Shown: piece after piece, positions 16,823 through 27,581 of the stretch | How the letters are laid out: every line of letters begins with the position of its first letter | How positions within the stretch are numbered: position 1 is the first letter of the stretch | Origin: Desulfatiglandales bacterium | GTDB taxonomy: Bacteria; Desulfobacterota; DSM-4660; Desulfatiglandales; Desulfatiglandaceae | Assembly (NCBI GenBank): GCA_963662465.1 | Contig: OY759599.1 | Span: 7,424,001 to 7,488,000 of the forward strand | Reading direction: 5' to 3' | DNA: 64,000 nt | Position numbers and translations under genes: made by a program | Notes under the pieces: generated by a model | Told to the model about the DNA's origin: nothing | Databases searched by the model: none | Seen by the model: only the letters and a program-made list of their open reading frames with translations

Positions 16823-19720
16823 TTACGGCGTGGGCGGCAGTATTGCTTTGACGGTTACCGACTCCTCCCGAATTCCTAAATCCCCCAGGAAACCGTTCCC
16901 CTTGACTTTGACGGTAAGGGTATAGGTTCGGAGTCTTCTGGGAACAAAGACAACCTCCTGTACCCAGTACTTTTCGAGGTTATTATAGTAAGGGGGGTAA
17001 ACCGTCATATCATTCTGATATTCGGGCGGCGCCACACTCCAGGAAAAATCGCAGTCCGTGCCGTCGCAAATGAGGTTGTTGATGCCGTCCATCAGATAGG
17101 GGGAAAATTTGCATTCGTGGGATACAATGACGTCTTCGTCACCGAAGGCGTATATTTCGGGAAGCGAAAAAATCCGTTCACCTGGAAAAGGCCTTTCGTA
17201 ATGGAAACCGCTGGTTCCGGAATTGTTCGTGAAAGGTTGAAACCATGATTTTGAGCGCATTGAATGGGCATGGTAAACGTCAAAGCGTTCAAATTCCTTA
17301 AGGGACCCCTGCTCCGGTTCCATTTGAACGGAAAACTGTATGATCGAGTTTTTCAGAAGGAACTGTTTTGTGAACATGCCCGCCGTGAATTCGGGGTTCA
17401 GGTAAAAGTCCCATGTGGCGTCATTGATGTTGTCCATGCGGCAGGTGAGCGTATGCATTGGAGAGGTCGAGTCGCCTGAAAATTGCCACCCATTGTTCCT
17501 GGACCAGCTGGTGGTGGAGGACATTTCGGTTTCAAGGTCAATGGGGGCTGTCATGTGGAGTGGTTCTTTGGCTGAAAAGGTAATCCCTCCGTACAATGTG
17601 AATCCGTTGGTTTCATGGATCGGCAACGTCCCCGACAAAAGGTCAAAGGCGCTGTAACGGGTGGTAAGGGGCATCAGGTAGTTGCCCGAGTTTTCAAGGG
17701 GTTGATCCAGGGCAAATTCGAGTTCACCTTTGATATTCAAGGGTCCCGTCAAACGGGTTTTGAGGGCCAGCAAGCCTTCGGCGTCGTATTGCCCACTGAT
17801 CATCAGCCTGGGCTCAAAACGGATGCCGTATCGGAAGTCTATGCCGGGATAGAGGGCGCCGTGAAATGGAAGGTTTTCATCCGACAGGTCATCCAGGACG
17901 GGCCATGAAACCGTTAAATTCAATTCTCCATCGCTGATAACCTGGTCAAGAGAAGCTTCCTCCACTACCAGAATGGTCAGGCTGCCGTCGGTATAGACAA
18001 CGGTAATTTTCCCCAGGCGAAGCTTTGCCGTATCCATGTCCCCATAGATCAGGAAATCATCCGTTTCAAACCGGTCGGAATAGTCGCCGTCAAAGGTCAT
18101 TTTGCTGTAGGAATATTCGATGGGGGTTGAAACAATGTCCGTCAGGATTTTCGGGGTCCGGCGAAGGGTCAACTGTGATTGTTTTGCCGGAAGGGAGGGC
18201 AGGGGCGTGCTTACGGCGCCGTTTTGCGCTTCCGCCTGAACCAGGAAATAGTGGGTGCTGGTTTCTTCGGGTATGGGGATGAGCGCGGATGTGGCGCCCG
18301 TGACGCTCATAAGCAGATTTTCCGGACGGCACAGATCGTTGGTATCTTCGCTGGGCCCCATGTAAATATGGTAGGTCATTTGGTCCGGCGGGGTACCCAT
18401 ACACGATGCTTCCCCCCAGGACAGCCAGGCCGTGGACAGCGTTTCGCCTGATGTCTCGTCCGTGACGGTGCAGGCCGCGACCGTTTGCAACCCTTTGAAG
18501 AACACTTCTTCGGTATTGGGAACAAAATGGGCTGTGACAACGGCATTGCGGGGATTCGTCAGCCAAAAACGCGTGTCAGCCTCAGAAGAGTTGTTTATGC
18601 GGATGTGGGCATCCGTTTCCCAGTGACTGAACCGGAATCCTTCCGCGGGGGCGGCACTGATTCCAAAGGCTTTATTCAATGTGGGGGCAGTGTCGCCCGT
18701 GAGTTCGCTTTGGACGGTTCCACCGTCAAGGGGGTCGGCTTGAAGGGTGATTTCGGGCTGCAATGAAAAGGCGGCCGTCACCGTACCGTCCCCCTCTAAC
18801 GTCACAAACGCGGTTCCATCAGGCGCCTCCATGATGGCGCCGTTCCCCTCAAGCCGCCAACCGTTGAAATACCCATTTTGCTGGTCGTCGTGGACCGGCA
18901 GGGCGGATATTTCAAAGGGTTGTCCCAGCGCGATCAGATATTCGCCCGGTTCGGGAAAACTGCTCCCCAGGTCGGACGGTTCCACCTGTAGCTTCAGCAT
19001 AACATCGCTTTTCAATTTCCGTTTTAATTGAACCGTGGTTTTTCCGGCGCCGCTTTTCAGTTCCATCCATAAATCCACATCAACGGGAAGCGCTTCATCC
19101 GGCATCACTTTCACTTGGCTGTTGCCGGCAAACGGGTCCATGCAACCGGCATCCGGCCTTCCGAGCGCGTCGGGATAGGGCAATGGGCGTACATAGGCGC
19201 ACTGAATGGATCGAGTGATGCCGTCCTGGTCAAAAAAAGCTGAAATCCCGGGATTGACGCCGAAGAAACGCCCTTTCAGGAAATAGATATCCTTATCTTC
19301 CGGTCCGGGACATCGAAGCACGTCCGTTATTTCGGGCGCTTTCACCATAACGTCGTCATAAATGGACATCGGTTTTAAAAACCCCCGTCCACTCAATGGT
19401 ATCAACCATATTTCACAGGCCCCGACCGGCGTTTTGTCCGGGAATTGACACAATATTTCCGGGGTTCCTCCCCCTTGGAACATGGACGCGGGCGTTATAA
19501 CGGTGAGACGGTTATAACCGGAAAACCCTTCCCCTTCTTTATGGAGTATAAAAACCAGGGGTTTGTTTTTAAAGGATTTAAGTCCCGCGTCGGATGCGGT
19601 GATCTTTATGGCGGATCCAGAGGTGATTTCAATGGTATCCCCGGCGAATCCGGAGAGGCTGTATCCACACACTGACAATATCACGAAAGACAAAAAGCAC
19701 AATCTGGTTATAATTTTCAT
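16823..19720 (-). CDS. Large secreted/surface protein with InlB-B-like repeats and an FN3-like domain
   Basis: AGGAG RBS, signal peptide, two repeats (ISA.P..G..F..W...VTA.F); paralogous to the upstream gene. Confidence 0.8.
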   Translation of the reverse strand: MKIITRLCFLSFVILSVCGYSLSGFAGDTIEITSGSAIKITASDAGLKSFKNKPLVFILHKEGEGFSGYNRLTVITPASMFQGGGTPEILCQFPDKTPVGACEIWLIPLSGRGFLKPMSIYDDVMVKAPEITDVLRCPGPEDKDIYFLKGRFFGVNPGISAFFDQDGITRSIQCAYVRPLPYPDALGRPDAGCMDPFAGNSQVKVMPDEALPVDVDLWMELKSGAGKTTVQLKRKLKSDVMLKLQVEPSDLGSSFPEPGEYLIALGQPFEISALPVHDDQQNGYFNGWRLEGNGAIMEAPDGTAFVTLEGDGTVTAAFSLQPEITLQADPLDGGTVQSELTGDTAPTLNKAFGISAAPAEGFRFSHWETDAHIRINNSSEADTRFWLTNPRNAVVTAHFVPNTEEVFFKGLQTVAACTVTDETSGETLSTAWLSWGEASCMGTPPDQMTYHIYMGPSEDTNDLCRPENLLMSVTGATSALIPIPEETSTHYFLVQAEAQNGAVSTPLPSLPAKQSQLTLRRTPKILTDIVSTPIEYSYSKMTFDGDYSDRFETDDFLIYGDMDTAKLRLGKITVVYTDGSLTILVVEEASLDQVISDGELNLTVSWPVLDDLSDENLPFHGALYPGIDFRYGIRFEPRLMISGQYDAEGLLALKTRLTGPLNIKGELEFALDQPLENSGNYLMPLTTRYSAFDLLSGTLPIHETNGFTLYGGITFSAKEPLHMTAPIDLETEMSSTTSWSRNNGWQFSGDSTSPMHTLTCRMDNINDATWDFYLNPEFTAGMFTKQFLLKNSIIQFSVQMEPEQGSLKEFERFDVYHAHSMRSKSWFQPFTNNSGTSGFHYERPFPGERIFSLPEIYAFGDEDVIVSHECKFSPYLMDGINNLICDGTDCDFSWSVAPPEYQNDMTVYPPYYNNLEKYWVQEVVFVPRRLRTYTLTVKVKGNGFLGDLGIREESVTVKAILPPTP

Positions 19721-19761
19721 TGGTTTGCTCCTAAGAAAACCCTCTCCTTGATGGTTAAAAT

Positions 19762-22700
19762 CTAATCATTCTCGGTCACGGTCACTTTCCACCACTTCTC
19801 CGGAATAAGAAAATCAGGGGTGTTGAAACAAACGGGGCGTGCTCGAAGATAGTATATGTCCGTGTGGTTCGGTTGTTCCGGGTCATATTTCGGTAGGTTG
19901 ATCCCCCAATATTGAGCAAGAATCCACAGTTCGTATGGATTGGGCTCAACTGCGGGGTACTGCTTGACTTTGCTGAAATGAAGGGAGGGGCCACTGCGGG
20001 CGTCCGTTTCCACCATTTTCCCTCCTGTTTCCTTGTACCATTTCCATTTCGCCGTCCTGATGGGGTTATGTACGCCGTCTTCCCATATCTGGGTTCTTTG
20101 AGGAATGAATTCCCATTTCTCATTCGTTGGTTCGTCAGTAGACCCGGCAGGGGTTGGATTGGCTGCATAGGGAATGTCACTAATGCGCGGCAACGAAAAG
20201 ATTTTATCCCATGTATCGGGAGGAACATATGTGAAGGGTTGAAGAGACGTTTTAAGGGCGTTGGCTGAGGTAAGCACATTGATTTTTTGTCCCACCCATA
20301 GCGTTAAATCAGAAAAAATGAGGTCATTAAGGTAATTTATATGTGCCCTAGTGTTTGCTAAAGCGAAATCTTTCACCCAAGCTCGGCATTTAAGGCCGGC
20401 ATTTAGGCCGAAACGCATCTTCGTTGAAAAATCCATGTTCAGGGTTCCCGAAAAAACGCCTCCAGAATCAACTCGAAGTTGTTGGTCAATTTTTCCCACG
20501 GGCTGGCATTTCCACCCGTTTTTATGGTCCCATGAGCTCTTGAATTTAAAACTGACGTCCGCGTCATAATGTTCGACGATTTTAAGGTTAGACTTGCCCG
20601 TGTATTTGATGTTCATCAATAGATAGAAATCCAGATACTTGGACAAAGCGCGAATGCCGTAGGCTTGATCCGGGTATTTCTTGATGATGGTTTGGTTGTC
20701 TAGATATATCCCGTTTTTTTCGAAGTCGTAATCACCCGTCGAGTTAATGTACAATTCCCCATGAATGCTGAACTGTATGTCACCGTAAAGGGAAAAATAG
20801 CTTAACGTACCGTTCAGAAAGGGGATTGAGTAATCAAATTTACTACGGGAAATGTTTATGGAATACTCGAACCTGACGTCCGGGTTAATGTCAATTACAA
20901 ATCGAGTGTTTTTTTCAAGTGAATTTCCGGACCGGTCGGAAGAACGATCCATCAGGAGAAAACGGTTTTCAGGATGCCTATAAACCCGATGATTCGCCAT
21001 TTGTTCTTCACGAATGCGTGGTCCCCATACAGCATCATCCGAATTTTCTTCCGGCGCTTCCCGGGACAGGCTGTCCTTTAAAGATGAGTTTATGGACAGA
21101 GCGCCGCTGATTTCACCGGATTCGATAACGTCGGATAAGCTGCCGTCTTCCAGCCAAATGACGGTATTATCATCTTCGTCAAGGTATATGAGGAAAACTT
21201 TTTGGAGTTTCGCCGGGGGAATGCCGGGAATTGCAACCTCCACGGTATCTCCATAACCGACCGACTCCCAGTAATTGCCTTTCAGCGTGACGATTTTTTC
21301 GTCCTCCGATAATTGGTAGTTATCCGCACCGACCAAATTCAGCAGATTTACCAGTCTTCCTTTATAAACAGTTGCTTCACCCACTGATATTTTTATGGGT
21401 TGCTCGGGAATGCTGGCGTTGCCTTGATTGTCCACCGCTATAGCCTGTGCGTAGAGGACGACCGGTCCGTTCCGGACCTGAACCTTGGCGCTCAGAACTC
21501 CCATAACGGATGACGCCAGATTTTGTTCCTGAAAGAGCTCTTCAAAGGAACTTGATTCGCCGATGTAAATTTGATACTTGACGTCCCCTTTCGCGGTGTC
21601 CACGCATATGGCCGGCGCCCAGGTTAGCCAAAGGAAAGATTTGCCTTCTCCTTCATCCTCATAAGTGTCGGATTCAGCGGAAACAAGCCCCGCGAATTGA
21701 ACCCCGGAGACGCCGTTCTCAGCGAAGTTCGCCGTGACCTCAGCGTCCTCGGTAAGCGTAACATCGGTTGTTAAAGCCATATTATTGCTTAAAGAAGCGT
21801 TTTCGGAAGCGGTCCATCCCGCAAAATGCCAACCGGAAAAGGAACTGGCTGAAATTTCAACGGGTTCGCCCGGTGTTACCACAGCGGTTTGATCGGGTAG
21901 GGGCGCGGTGGTTCCGCTTCTCGGTTGGGAGACTCTCATGGTCAAGGTGGGATTGGCAATGCAGTTGGCTGTGATGACCGCGTCTCCATAGACGGTCACA
22001 TTGGTCCGGAGCGCCCCCGCATCTTCAAATGTCACCTCTCCCTGAGCCGTCCAGCCGCCGAAGGTATAATGAGGGGAAGGTGTGGCAATGATTTGGATAG
22101 ATTCGCCGGAGGTGGTTTTGAATTCCGTGCCGGATTCAGGTGTTGTAGCGCCCGCCGCCGGATCCGGACCGACATCCATGGTAACATTCACTTCTTCCCT
22201 GGATTGCCCTACCCGCAGGGTGGCGAATGCTTCCAATCCGGCCGGATTGCCCAACCCGATGGTGTATTCTCCGGATTTCAATGGCGTATGGGGAAAGAAA
22301 AATGAAAGCTCACTTAATCCGGTTCGCGGATCCATGCAGCTGGTTCCCGGTTGGGATGCGGCATCGGCGAAGGGGTAGGGCTGTTCGATTTTACAGGGGC
22401 GAAGCCGTCTTCCGGAAAAGGCCGAACTCCTGATAGGGCCGAAATTCTTCGACTTAATCCATATCTTGATCCCCTTGGCGCCGAAAAAGCGACCCACCAG
22501 GGTGGCCTTGGGAATGTCGCCGTCCTCTTTCAGCAGGACCGATTCAATGATCGGTTCTTCCACCATGAATTGGTCCGTAACCGGAATAGGACCGTCGGCC
22601 GGTTGACCCGGTTCGTTCCCGTTGGGCTGAACCCAGAGGCTGTAGGCGCCCGCCGCCAAAGGGGCTTTCACGTGACAAGCGATGCTGTTTACCGAATTAT

Positions 22701-22947
22701 TCTCGAAATACTCTGGGCTGGCCAGGACTTCAAGGGGGTATTCGCCAGCGGAGGAATCGTTTCGGGTTGCAAAAACGTCCGGTTTGGCCGTGAACCCGTC
22801 CTGCAGACCTACGGATTCGGCTGTGATGTAAAACAGAGAACCTTGCGTTGCATGGTACGCCGAAGGGGCGGCATTTCCGAAGGCGGTTGCAACATAGGTG
22901 ATGAATATCGACAGGGAGAGAAAGAAAATACGACTGCTTTTCGGCAT
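19762..22947 (-). CDS. Large secreted/surface protein with InlB-B-like repeats and an FN3-like domain
   Basis: AAGGAG RBS, signal peptide, repeats IIATPSPHYTFGGW and ISASSFSGWHFAGW, LWLTWAPA...YQIY. Confidence 0.8.
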   Translation of the reverse strand: MPKSSRIFFLSLSIFITYVATAFGNAAPSAYHATQGSLFYITAESVGLQDGFTAKPDVFATRNDSSAGEYPLEVLASPEYFENNSVNSIACHVKAPLAAGAYSLWVQPNGNEPGQPADGPIPVTDQFMVEEPIIESVLLKEDGDIPKATLVGRFFGAKGIKIWIKSKNFGPIRSSAFSGRRLRPCKIEQPYPFADAASQPGTSCMDPRTGLSELSFFFPHTPLKSGEYTIGLGNPAGLEAFATLRVGQSREEVNVTMDVGPDPAAGATTPESGTEFKTTSGESIQIIATPSPHYTFGGWTAQGEVTFEDAGALRTNVTVYGDAVITANCIANPTLTMRVSQPRSGTTAPLPDQTAVVTPGEPVEISASSFSGWHFAGWTASENASLSNNMALTTDVTLTEDAEVTANFAENGVSGVQFAGLVSAESDTYEDEGEGKSFLWLTWAPAICVDTAKGDVKYQIYIGESSSFEELFQEQNLASSVMGVLSAKVQVRNGPVVLYAQAIAVDNQGNASIPEQPIKISVGEATVYKGRLVNLLNLVGADNYQLSEDEKIVTLKGNYWESVGYGDTVEVAIPGIPPAKLQKVFLIYLDEDDNTVIWLEDGSLSDVIESGEISGALSINSSLKDSLSREAPEENSDDAVWGPRIREEQMANHRVYRHPENRFLLMDRSSDRSGNSLEKNTRFVIDINPDVRFEYSINISRSKFDYSIPFLNGTLSYFSLYGDIQFSIHGELYINSTGDYDFEKNGIYLDNQTIIKKYPDQAYGIRALSKYLDFYLLMNIKYTGKSNLKIVEHYDADVSFKFKSSWDHKNGWKCQPVGKIDQQLRVDSGGVFSGTLNMDFSTKMRFGLNAGLKCRAWVKDFALANTRAHINYLNDLIFSDLTLWVGQKINVLTSANALKTSLQPFTYVPPDTWDKIFSLPRISDIPYAANPTPAGSTDEPTNEKWEFIPQRTQIWEDGVHNPIRTAKWKWYKETGGKMVETDARSGPSLHFSKVKQYPAVEPNPYELWILAQYWGINLPKYDPEQPNHTDIYYLRARPVCFNTPDFLIPEKWWKVTVTEND

Positions 22948-23173
22948 GCTGATCTCCTTACGGCCGTATTCCGGCGTTTCAGCCGCCTGTGGTTCAAGAT
23001 GTGGGCAAACACTCTTCGAGCCGTGCCGGTTACAAGCAAAAAAAGTGTTCCCTGGTACTCTTTGGCGGATCTTTTGTAAACAGCCATGCGATAAAGTGGA
23101 AATAAATGGGATTGAAGTGTAGCCGGTATCCCGATAATCCTTGACTTCCCACCGCCTGTTTTGTAATGACTAT

Positions 23174-23182
23174 TGCTATAAT
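23174..23182 (+). promoter_or_regulatory. Extended -10 promoter element (TGnTATAAT) upstream of the LytS-type kinase
   Basis: TGCTATAAT about 60 bp before the ATG at 23241. Confidence 0.45.
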
Positions 23183-23240
23183 TTCACTCAGTATCCCTTC
23201 CGGCGCTCCAGTCTGGAAATGATTCCTTATCACTTTGTGC

Positions 23241-24290
23241 ATGGATAATCAAACACTTGATCCTAAAATATTTACTTCTCCCGGCAGATTCTTCAAGGCA
23301 CTGATAATTACCGTTTTGGTCAGTCTGTTTATCGGTTTTTTTCTGCATACGTTTATCTTAAATGGATCATTATTTGCTCATATTATGCTCAGTCTCACAA
23401 TGGGCCTGTCGATCTGTACCTCTATTAATCTGGCACTTTTTATTGTGCGGCCACGCCGTTATGGGTATTTATATATCACGGTTAGCGTCGGTCTTGCCTG
23501 CGGCATCATCATCGGAATTCCATTATTTCACATTTTTTCCGACAACTCTTACGGTCTCACGTCTGTGTGGAGAACACTTTTTCTGGGAGTCAGTTTAACA
23601 ATCCCTGTCAGCACGTTTTTTATTATTAGGCATAAACTCAACGACACCAGGTTCAAGCTTCAGAAAGAACAGATAAAGGCGCTGGGAAATGAAAAAAACG
23701 CATTGCAATCACGCTTAAAACTCCTACAAGCCCAGATTGAACCTCATTTTCTCTTTAACACCCTTGCCAATATCGAGGGGTTGCAGAAAAAAGATGGCGC
23801 AACAGCCAGGGCTATGCTGAATAATCTGACCTGTTATCTGCGCACAAGCTTAAAAAAAAGCCGGAAAACAAGCATAAAGCTGAAAGAGGAACTTACTACA
23901 ATACGAGCCTACCTTGAGATTTTCCAAATCAGAATGGGGAAACGTCTTTGTTACCGGATTGAGGTGGACGACAGCCTGCATGACGTATCCGTACCGCCCA
24001 TGTTGATTCAGCCCCTGGTGGAAAATTCCATCCTGCACGGCCTGGCGCCGAAAGCCGGAGGGGGCGAAATCGTGATCATGGCCAGGCGCATTCGGGACGG
24101 GATACAATTGGAAGTGTCTGACTCCGGCATCGGGCTTGATCTCAATAAAAAACAGGGGGTAGGACTCGCTAATGTCAAGGAACGTCTCGCCCTATATTAT
24201 CGCGGAGCGGCAACAATGGTCATGGAAGCCAATCAACCCACAGGATTGAGGATCATAATTGAAATACCATGGAAATTACCGCCATTATAG
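23241..24290 (+). CDS. LytS/YehU-type membrane sensor histidine kinase
   Basis: Four TM helices; LQAQIEPHFLFNTL, PPMLIQPLVENSI.HG, VSDSGIG, GVGLANVKERL. Confidence 0.92.
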   Translation: MDNQTLDPKIFTSPGRFFKALIITVLVSLFIGFFLHTFILNGSLFAHIMLSLTMGLSICTSINLALFIVRPRRYGYLYITVSVGLACGIIIGIPLFHIFSDNSYGLTSVWRTLFLGVSLTIPVSTFFIIRHKLNDTRFKLQKEQIKALGNEKNALQSRLKLLQAQIEPHFLFNTLANIEGLQKKDGATARAMLNNLTCYLRTSLKKSRKTSIKLKEELTTIRAYLEIFQIRMGKRLCYRIEVDDSLHDVSVPPMLIQPLVENSILHGLAPKAGGGEIVIMARRIRDGIQLEVSDSGIGLDLNKKQGVGLANVKERLALYYRGAATMVMEANQPTGLRIIIEIPWKLPPL

Positions 24291-25027
24291 TTGATGACGA
24301 ACCGGTCTTGTGCGAAAATCTGCAAAATATGCTGGCAGAGCAGTGGCCGGAGTTGTCTATTGTAGCGACCGCCGGAGATGGTAACAAAGCGGTACAGCTG
24401 GCTGAAAAATTGCGGCCGGATATTGTTTTTTTAGATATCCGCATGCCTGAAAAAACAGGCCTGGAGACAGCCGCAAAGATTGGCGACGCTTGCCGGATTA
24501 TCTTTGTTACCGCCCATGATGAATATGCCATTGAAGCCTTTGAAAAACAGGCTGTGGATTATCTGCTCAAACCGATCACGGCTGAAAGGCTGGCGCAGAC
24601 TGTGGCTCGTCTAAAAAAAGACCTTCACAAAAACAATATCCTGTCCACAACCGTTCTGGAAGCCTTACTTCACAACCGTAACGGGGTAATAGCACCTCCG
24701 TCATACCTGCAATGGGTCAAGGCCGGAAGTGGTGATCGAGTGCGATTAATTAACGTTGATGATGTCTGCTATTTTCAGTCTGAGGATAAGTATACCAGAG
24801 TCGTCACATCTTCCGGTGAAGAACTGATCAGAACCAGTATCAAACAATTGGCGGAATCTCTTAATCCGGAACAATTCTGGCGTATTCATCGTGCCACAAT
24901 TGTTAAGGTTACCAACATCAAACACGCTACCCGCTCATATACCGGACGTTATCGTATTGAACTGAACAGTCATGACACAATTCTTACATCCAGCCGCACT
25001 TATGGCTACCGCTTCAAACAGATGTGA
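24269..25027 (+). CDS. LytTR-family response regulator
   Basis: IVDDE, FLDIRMP, FVTAHD, DYLLKP; LytTR domain FWRIHRATIV, SRTY. Confidence 0.93.
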   Translation: MEITAIIVDDEPVLCENLQNMLAEQWPELSIVATAGDGNKAVQLAEKLRPDIVFLDIRMPEKTGLETAAKIGDACRIIFVTAHDEYAIEAFEKQAVDYLLKPITAERLAQTVARLKKDLHKNNILSTTVLEALLHNRNGVIAPPSYLQWVKAGSGDRVRLINVDDVCYFQSEDKYTRVVTSSGEELIRTSIKQLAESLNPEQFWRIHRATIVKVTNIKHATRSYTGRYRIELNSHDTILTSSRTYGYRFKQM

Positions 25028-25145
25028 AAAAGAGCCGCTATGCCCGCGAAGAAAAATGATGCTCCGTTCAATATCGTTTCCAATCTTGCGTTTCATCATG
25101 CGAAGTTCATAAGTTAAGGGCGTTCTCTTACTCCAAAACTTCCAG

Positions 25146-27452
25146 TTATGTATTCGGTTCGATGAGATGCAGGTCCATCTGAGGAAAAGCAATTTCCACG
25201 CCGTGTTCCCTGAATTTCTTGAGGATGGCATAGCGGAGGTCCGAGGCAACGCGTTTGGAGCCGTCAAAATTCACCCAGAATTTGAGCCGGAAGTCCAGGC
25301 AACTGTCCTGAAAATTTTCAAACCGCACCCGCGGGGCGGGATGCTTGAGAACTTCCGGGTGTTCCCGGGCCGTTTCCAGCAACAGGCGTTCCACCAGGTC
25401 CGTATCACTGTTGTAATCGGCGCCCACGGCCACGACCAGCCGAACGGCCCGGTTTCCGCGGCTCATATTGACGAAGGGCATGGAAACCAGACTTGAATTG
25501 GGGATCAGCATGGTGGTGTCGTCGCGGGTTCGCACCAACGTACTTCGAACGGTCACCTTTTCTACCTCTCCCAAAACCAGTTCATGTTCGATCACATCCC
25601 CCGGCCGCACCGACCGGCCGAATAGAAGGATGAGACCGCTGACGAAGTTGTTGATGATGTGCTGCAGTCCAAATCCTATCCCAACACTCATACCGCCGGC
25701 AAGTACGACGATAGAGCTCAACCGGACGCCGATGATATGTAACAACAAAAGGCCATAAACCGTCCATACCCCATAGCTGACCATGGTCTCGATGGGCATC
25801 ATGACGGTTTTTTCCACGCCGGACTTTCGACCCAATCGTTGCACGCCGTTTTTGAGTACCTCCACCACCGGTTTGATCATGAAAAACAGGACCGTCGCGA
25901 TGACCATCTGAACAAAACCGAATTCAAGATCCTGCCAGGTGAATCGGATCTTGCTGGTCAGTTCGAGAATTCCCGAGTTCCCGAACTGGTCGGCCAGCCA
26001 CAGGAGGACAACCGCGGCACAGAGAAACCAGATGATGGGAATGGCCAGGCTGACGCTCACGGAATGAAACAGGGAATCGCCCTTCTCCTGCAATCGGGCC
26101 AGTCTTCGTCTGATGAGGTCGGACAAGGCCGAGGAGAACTGATAGAGGATGGCACAGAGAAAAAGCGTCAGGAAGACCTCGACGGATGGAAAGGTAAAGC
26201 CCGCCAGAGAAAGACCGATAATGGGAAAGCCGCTCCAGAAGCAGAAGCGGGCCAGCCTTCGGGGCGCAGGGTCTTTATATTGACCGGTTCTGCGCCACAT
26301 GAAGAGCATCATGATGCCTACCCCAAGCGGCCAGAGGACGCCAAGCAGTCGAAGGGGCATGTTGGCGATCTGTAAAATAATACCGGCGGCGAAAAGATAG
26401 AAGAGCGGGTAAAGGGGGGAGGAAAGGTTCGAATGGAGCTTGATGTTTCGTAACCCCCAGGCCAGAGAAATGGCGGCCAGGGCGCCGAAAATTACGGCGA
26501 GGTTGGAGAAAATGATGTTTTCCGGAAAAACACCGATCACGGCCGCTGCCCAGAAACCGGCACACAGGAAGACGGCGGGACTGGAAGTCCGGCATATCAA
26601 GGCCCATTGGTCCCGGTTTCCATCCGAACGGGCGCCGATCCGACCCATAACCCATCTGAAAAGAAGGAGAAAAATGAACCCGAAGGCCGGAACGGCAACC
26701 GCGGATTGGCCCCATTCCACGGGGGAATCAGGGGATTTTGAATCAAGGGTCGGCACGATGGCGTTGGCCCAGATGGCGCAGGACAAGGGGAGTTCCGCCG
26801 GAACCCCTTTGTTAAACAATACAAACAGCGGTTTCGTGAAGTAAATGGACCAAACAGCAGCCATTTCCGCTTTCAGCTCTTCATCCCATACCGTTAATAG
26901 CTTTTCCGCTTCCTCCGACTGCTTCAAAACCGCGTGAAGGGGTTCCTTGATTTTTAATTGCGCACTTCCAAATCGGTCCAGTTCACTTAAAAGCGCCTGT
27001 GCATCCTCTTTTTCTTTTGCGGAAGCAGCTGTTTGAACTATAAAACGCAGGTCCTCTCGCGCCGATTCAACAATGGAAAGATTGATCTGAATCTCCTGTG
27101 CCATTTCTCGAACGGCCCGTGTTTCTTTTGCAAGCCCATTCCGGAGTTCCGAAGCCTGTTTAAAGTACATGCGGACCTCAAATGGATTGGATTCGCTCAT
27201 GCCGATCAGAAACCTCAACTGGTGAGCCCTTGCCAGGCAATCGGCCACGGTGTCCTGATAGGCGTTGATCCTGGCCAATTTCGCCGGTAGGATTTCATCG
27301 ACGCGCCGGGTTAATTTGACCAGCAGGAGTTCTTTGGTTTTGACGATGTCGCTCAGATGGGTTTGCTGGGTTTTGGCGGCCATTGCCGGCGCATGGCTCC
27401 CCAGAGAAAATATGATTGCTGTTTGAACCAACAGGAGAATATAACGCTTCAA
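25146..27452 (-). CDS. Large MscS/MscK-type mechanosensitive channel
   Basis: GIGFGLQHIINNFVSGLILLF.R.VRPGDVI, RSTLVRT.D, IPNS, EIAFPQMDLH. Start reassigned to TTG at 27452 behind AAGGAG. Confidence 0.9.
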   Translation of the reverse strand: MKRYILLLVQTAIIFSLGSHAPAMAAKTQQTHLSDIVKTKELLLVKLTRRVDEILPAKLARINAYQDTVADCLARAHQLRFLIGMSESNPFEVRMYFKQASELRNGLAKETRAVREMAQEIQINLSIVESAREDLRFIVQTAASAKEKEDAQALLSELDRFGSAQLKIKEPLHAVLKQSEEAEKLLTVWDEELKAEMAAVWSIYFTKPLFVLFNKGVPAELPLSCAIWANAIVPTLDSKSPDSPVEWGQSAVAVPAFGFIFLLLFRWVMGRIGARSDGNRDQWALICRTSSPAVFLCAGFWAAAVIGVFPENIIFSNLAVIFGALAAISLAWGLRNIKLHSNLSSPLYPLFYLFAAGIILQIANMPLRLLGVLWPLGVGIMMLFMWRRTGQYKDPAPRRLARFCFWSGFPIIGLSLAGFTFPSVEVFLTLFLCAILYQFSSALSDLIRRRLARLQEKGDSLFHSVSVSLAIPIIWFLCAAVVLLWLADQFGNSGILELTSKIRFTWQDLEFGFVQMVIATVLFFMIKPVVEVLKNGVQRLGRKSGVEKTVMMPIETMVSYGVWTVYGLLLLHIIGVRLSSIVVLAGGMSVGIGFGLQHIINNFVSGLILLFGRSVRPGDVIEHELVLGEVEKVTVRSTLVRTRDDTTMLIPNSSLVSMPFVNMSRGNRAVRLVVAVGADYNSDTDLVERLLLETAREHPEVLKHPAPRVRFENFQDSCLDFRLKFWVNFDGSKRVASDLRYAILKKFREHGVEIAFPQMDLHLIEPNT

Positions 27453-27581
27453 AGTAAGGACTCCTTGGAATAGAGAAATGGATTGACCTGCATTTCGTAT
27501 TAATGAATAGTATGAATACGAAGTGGGAATTTCAATGAAAATCAGCTTTTGCGTAGCGATGCCGATGAAAGGAGAACCCAA

